Below are positions 33,041 through 36,327 of a stretch of DNA of 36,327 bases, piece after piece; positions within the stretch are counted from its first letter, which is position 1; every line of letters starts with the position of its first letter. Source of the DNA: a virus. Taxonomy: Duplodnaviria > Caudoviricetes. The stretch is from positions 1 to 36,327 of the IMG/VR virus record IMGVR_UViG_3300030372_001470; one strand, 5' to 3'. Below the pieces are notes generated by a model that was given only the letters and a program-made list of their open reading frames with translations, had not been told where the DNA came from and did not search any database. Both the position numbers and the translations under genes were made by a program.

Positions 33041-35349
33041 TTCATCATTCCGGAAAAATCTGGCGCATCATTATCCTCATTTGGATCGTCACGCTCAGAA
33101 ACTATTGCCGGAAAATTTGTTTTTAATAGGTTTAAATCAATTACAACTTTTTCTAAGTAGTCTGGGCGACTCCCAGGTTGATCCGTTCTCGGATATGAAA
33201 CTGCTTTTTTTCGAGCGTTATCGTAAATAAAATACTCGGTTCCACCATAATACTTTAAAACGTAATCTGGATTTTTATTAATATCGAGTATCAATCCTCT
33301 ATCTATCGTATTTCCAGCTGGATCCCCACCCGAAGTTATTGTCATATAGCGTAAATGGAAGTTAGCCAAATTACTCAATACATTTTCAGCCATCTCTACA
33401 TTATAATCTTGTGGTAGAAGTACCGGTTCATTGTTGACCAACCTTATTCCGCCTTTATCGCCATTAGCGCCCATTGCAGCTTGTATTGAATCTACAAATT
33501 CATCTTCATCATAAGTAGTTAAACCTCTACCTAAATAATGTGCTGTCGCTAGTTTAAAGATAGCTTGCTTATCTTCGGCACGCATAAACTGTAATATATC
33601 GTTGTTGTCTGATCCGGTTATTAATTCTGCAAAAATGGTTTTTAAATCTTTAGGGTTGTCTGCTGGTATCTTTTCTCCGGCACTAACTTTGTCCATTCCT
33701 ATAAGGATTTGTCGTGCTGTTTCAATATTTCCATTATTAACATAAGATCCTAAAGCGGATTGCATAACTGCATTTTCTAATTCCATTTGTAAAAAAACAT
33801 TTGCTGCCTCATCTCCCCATCCTTGAACAAAATCAGAAAGATAGTTTAATCGCACCTGGGGATCTAAATCTTTTTGCTTCATAAACCCATTAAAAGCAGC
33901 TACCTCGTTCTTTGTAAGATATTGAACAGTAGGCAGATTATAATGATTTCGTACCGCTTCGGCATTCATTTGGCGCTCTGTTACCGCCATAGGATCAAAT
34001 GATCCATCCTCATTAAACAAATCTGTTACCGGTTGTTCTACAACTCCATTATCAATACCCCATTGCAGCGCATCATCTTTAAGAGCACTTTCCATTTTTT
34101 TCCGGCGGCTCTCAAGAAACTTGAGCGTATTTTGCTCTGCCTCCGTATCCATACCAGAACCACCTAAAACCTCTCCTTTCTTAAAATCAGAGATAATCGT
34201 ATTCATATCGGTGGGAGAGGCTTTTCTCGTATCAAAAGCAAGTTTAGAGGTTAGTCTTAATTCATTAAATTTATCTTTAACATCGGATCCGACGTTAGGA
34301 TCTTCATTGATTAACTTCTCAAAACCTTGCAAAAGGTCAGTTATTTTTTGCGTATCAGCAGCGCCATCAATTTCCATCTGGCTAATAAGTGTATTTGCGC
34401 TCTCTTTTAGGATCTTTGAGGTAGCTGTTAGCTTAGATTTTCTTGCTCTTTCTTCAAATCCTGGTCCATAAATCGTAGCAATATCACCGGATGAGGTACT
34501 GATTATTGATGCAAGTTCATCATCATCAAATGCAATTAATCGCTTATAGAGATTTTCAGCACCAAGTAACGGAGCCGGTAAAGATTTTTTTCCTGGTGGA
34601 CCCTCAAGTGTGCCACCCTCTCTGCCTAGTCTTATTGCGTTTCGCATCGCTGTAAGTACAGTAATCTCATTACCAGGATTCTCAGAAATATATCTGGTTA
34701 ATGCTGCTCTCGCTGCATTCAATTCCATAGCTCTAATTGTGGCTTTTACCTTTCCAGGATTGGCTTTGGTCTGATTAATATAACCACCGGTAAAGATATT
34801 AATCGGTCTAAGAATAGCATTCCGACTATTTTCATCTAACCGCCAATCACTTAACTCCGCCTCGCCCTGGAGTAACTTTTGTGAGTAATCGCCCTGGCTA
34901 GCAATTTTTAGCTGCCGGTCAACTTCAGATCTCAGCTGAAACCTATGCTTTAATTCATTCTGACCAAAACGTAATTCAAATTGTTTCTGGCTGTATTCAT
35001 CCTTTCCAATTTTTCCTAGCAGTTCTGCTTTAATAGCCTCTGCACCGCTTTTCCATTTAGGCGCATCACCATCAAGAATATTATTATAATCGCCGGATTT
35101 CTCCAGCTTTCGAGCCAATTCATACATCGACTCGTCCATTGCTAGATCCGCCTCGTTTAGCAGATTATTCCTTACAACCTTATATCTCTCCAGGCTGAAT
35201 TTCGAAACCTCATCAGTAAAAGCAGAGAATGGTGATCCCTTTGCTAATTCTGTTTGTGCTGCTAATTGTACGTTTTTTCTAGCAGTAATCGACTTTCCTG
35301 GAGCCTCGGACGTTGCCCTGGATTGCGCTGTATATAAAGGAATACGCAT
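33037..35349 (-). CDS. Internal virion protein
   Basis: MRIPLY start, 770 aa helical; between the gp14-like gene and the larger ejection genes. Confidence 0.7.
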   Translation of the reverse strand: MRIPLYTAQSRATSEAPGKSITARKNVQLAAQTELAKGSPFSAFTDEVSKFSLERYKVVRNNLLNEADLAMDESMYELARKLEKSGDYNNILDGDAPKWKSGAEAIKAELLGKIGKDEYSQKQFELRFGQNELKHRFQLRSEVDRQLKIASQGDYSQKLLQGEAELSDWRLDENSRNAILRPINIFTGGYINQTKANPGKVKATIRAMELNAARAALTRYISENPGNEITVLTAMRNAIRLGREGGTLEGPPGKKSLPAPLLGAENLYKRLIAFDDDELASIISTSSGDIATIYGPGFEERARKSKLTATSKILKESANTLISQMEIDGAADTQKITDLLQGFEKLINEDPNVGSDVKDKFNELRLTSKLAFDTRKASPTDMNTIISDFKKGEVLGGSGMDTEAEQNTLKFLESRRKKMESALKDDALQWGIDNGVVEQPVTDLFNEDGSFDPMAVTERQMNAEAVRNHYNLPTVQYLTKNEVAAFNGFMKQKDLDPQVRLNYLSDFVQGWGDEAANVFLQMELENAVMQSALGSYVNNGNIETARQILIGMDKVSAGEKIPADNPKDLKTIFAELITGSDNNDILQFMRAEDKQAIFKLATAHYLGRGLTTYDEDEFVDSIQAAMGANGDKGGIRLVNNEPVLLPQDYNVEMAENVLSNLANFHLRYMTITSGGDPAGNTIDRGLILDINKNPDYVLKYYGGTEYFIYDNARKKAVSYPRTDQPGSRPDYLEKVVIDLNLLKTNFPAIVSERDDPNEDNDAPDFSGMMK

Positions 35350-35356
35350 CTAACAC

Positions 35357-35872
35357 CTATGTATAAAGAGTTCTGGCAGCCGTACCGATACCTTGAATAA
35401 GGCTTTTTGTTCCTTGCGCCCTTAGTGATGCAGCTGCACTACCACCCTCCATGCGTGCCAATTCAGCATTTAACCTGGCATCCTCTTGAGCATCATCGAT
35501 CTGCATATTAGCGACATCGTTATTAAATTTATCTGTATCCAACTCAAACTGCATTTCCCTGGCATTTGTTTTAAGAACATCAATCGGTGTACCCTCAGAA
35601 ACATCAATACCGCCATACGCATAATTGGTTTTTACCTCACCTTGAACCGCCTTAAATCCTTGTTTCTTTCGATCATTAGAAACATTGTAATTCGCATTCA
35701 CAAAACGGCGCTGCTTTTCCAGGAGATCTACATCCCTCTCGATAAGATCTGCATTAAAATTCGCTGCTTCTTGTGCCGCTGCCGCTGCATTATCCGCTGC
35801 TTGTTTATCATTAATACCGCCTAATAAAGACGATCCGGCGGATACCAGATTTAAAAAAGTTAAAAACTCCAA
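35357..35872 (-). CDS. Small internal virion protein (T7 gp14-like)
   Basis: Ala/Gly-rich, hydrophobic N-terminus, GIDVSEGTP motif; directly after the nozzle gene. Confidence 0.72.
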   Translation of the reverse strand: MEFLTFLNLVSAGSSLLGGINDKQAADNAAAAAQEAANFNADLIERDVDLLEKQRRFVNANYNVSNDRKKQGFKAVQGEVKTNYAYGGIDVSEGTPIDVLKTNAREMQFELDTDKFNNDVANMQIDDAQEDARLNAELARMEGGSAAASLRAQGTKSLIQGIGTAARTLYT

Positions 35873-35880
35873 GGCTCTAC

Positions 35881-36327
35881 CTATATATCAAAAGTGTTCA
35901 TTCGTGCATAAAGCGCCAGGACAGTAAGAGGTAAAGGCTGTGTTTGCCTTACATATATGCGCTCATCTTCCTCAAAGCCACCGGCAAACTCGATATCTTT
36001 ATCACCGGTAAATAGTGAAACAGCTGTATCCATCGCCATGCTGCTATCTCTAAAAGGCACTCGATCAACATCATCAGACGATGATCCTACCTCTAACCCT
36101 ACTGTTCTAAATAATCGCAGCGTTATGTGGTGTATTCTCTTAGGTTTTCCCTGGCTGGTTCCATCAACGGATCCGGACTCAAGCCTCAATGTTTGTAAAT
36201 TTGATGTATAACCCAATCCGACCGCCGCCGTTGTTGCAGATAAATCCAGAGATACAGCACCGCTGCTAACCGCTTTGTCTGCATGTGATCCTCCGTTACC
36301 TAGTATAGAAACAGTAGCGCCCTCAAG
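35881..36327 (-). CDS. Tail tubular protein B, 3' part (joins 1-1638)
   Basis: In frame through the terminal overlap; GLGYTS...GTSQGKPKRI...LFTGDK...QTQPLPLTVLAL. Confidence 0.9.
   Translation of the reverse strand, partial: LEGATVSILGNGGSHADKAVSSGAVSLDLSATTAAVGLGYTSNLQTLRLESGSVDGTSQGKPKRIHHITLRLFRTVGLEVGSSSDDVDRVPFRDSSMAMDTAVSLFTGDKDIEFAGGFEEDERIYVRQTQPLPLTVLALYARMNTFDI
36250..36327. repeat. Terminal direct repeat (circular overlap), copy 2
   Basis: Matches 1-78 with one mismatch. Confidence 0.97.

Noticed and set aside
34121-34471. 116-aa plus-strand ORF
   Set aside because: Ser-rich shadow of a helical protein, TTG start, no RBS

Overview
The window is an apparently complete, circular temperate podovirus genome. 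Bases 36250-36327 repeat bases 1-78, giving a unit length of about 36,249 bp. The architecture is BPP-1/HTVC010P-like; a marine alphaproteobacterial host is an inference. The minus strand carries cro, two adenine methyltransferases, a VRR-NUC nuclease, terS/terL, portal, scaffold, capsid, tail tubes, internal virion proteins, tail fibres, lysis genes and a tyrosine integrase beside a tRNA-type attP. The plus strand carries a repressor, an exonuclease/Rad52-like recombination pair, an xis-like gene and an array of seven small accessory genes. No DNA polymerase, primase, helicase or initiator is recognisable. The top candidate for an undescribed system lies in the 1075-aa internal virion protein, which carries a ParB-like domain and a RelA/SpoT-like nucleotidyltransferase domain. 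Nested antisense inside the same gene, next to that domain, is a 77-aa ORF with its own near-consensus sigma70 promoter and RBS, suggesting a virion-delivered effector with an embedded immunity gene. Other signals: integrase arm-type repeats duplicated near terS, a three-copy operator motif, no GGCC anywhere, and a 3.2-kb receptor-binding island lacking GATC and CCGG. All family assignments come from reading motifs by eye; no searches were run.
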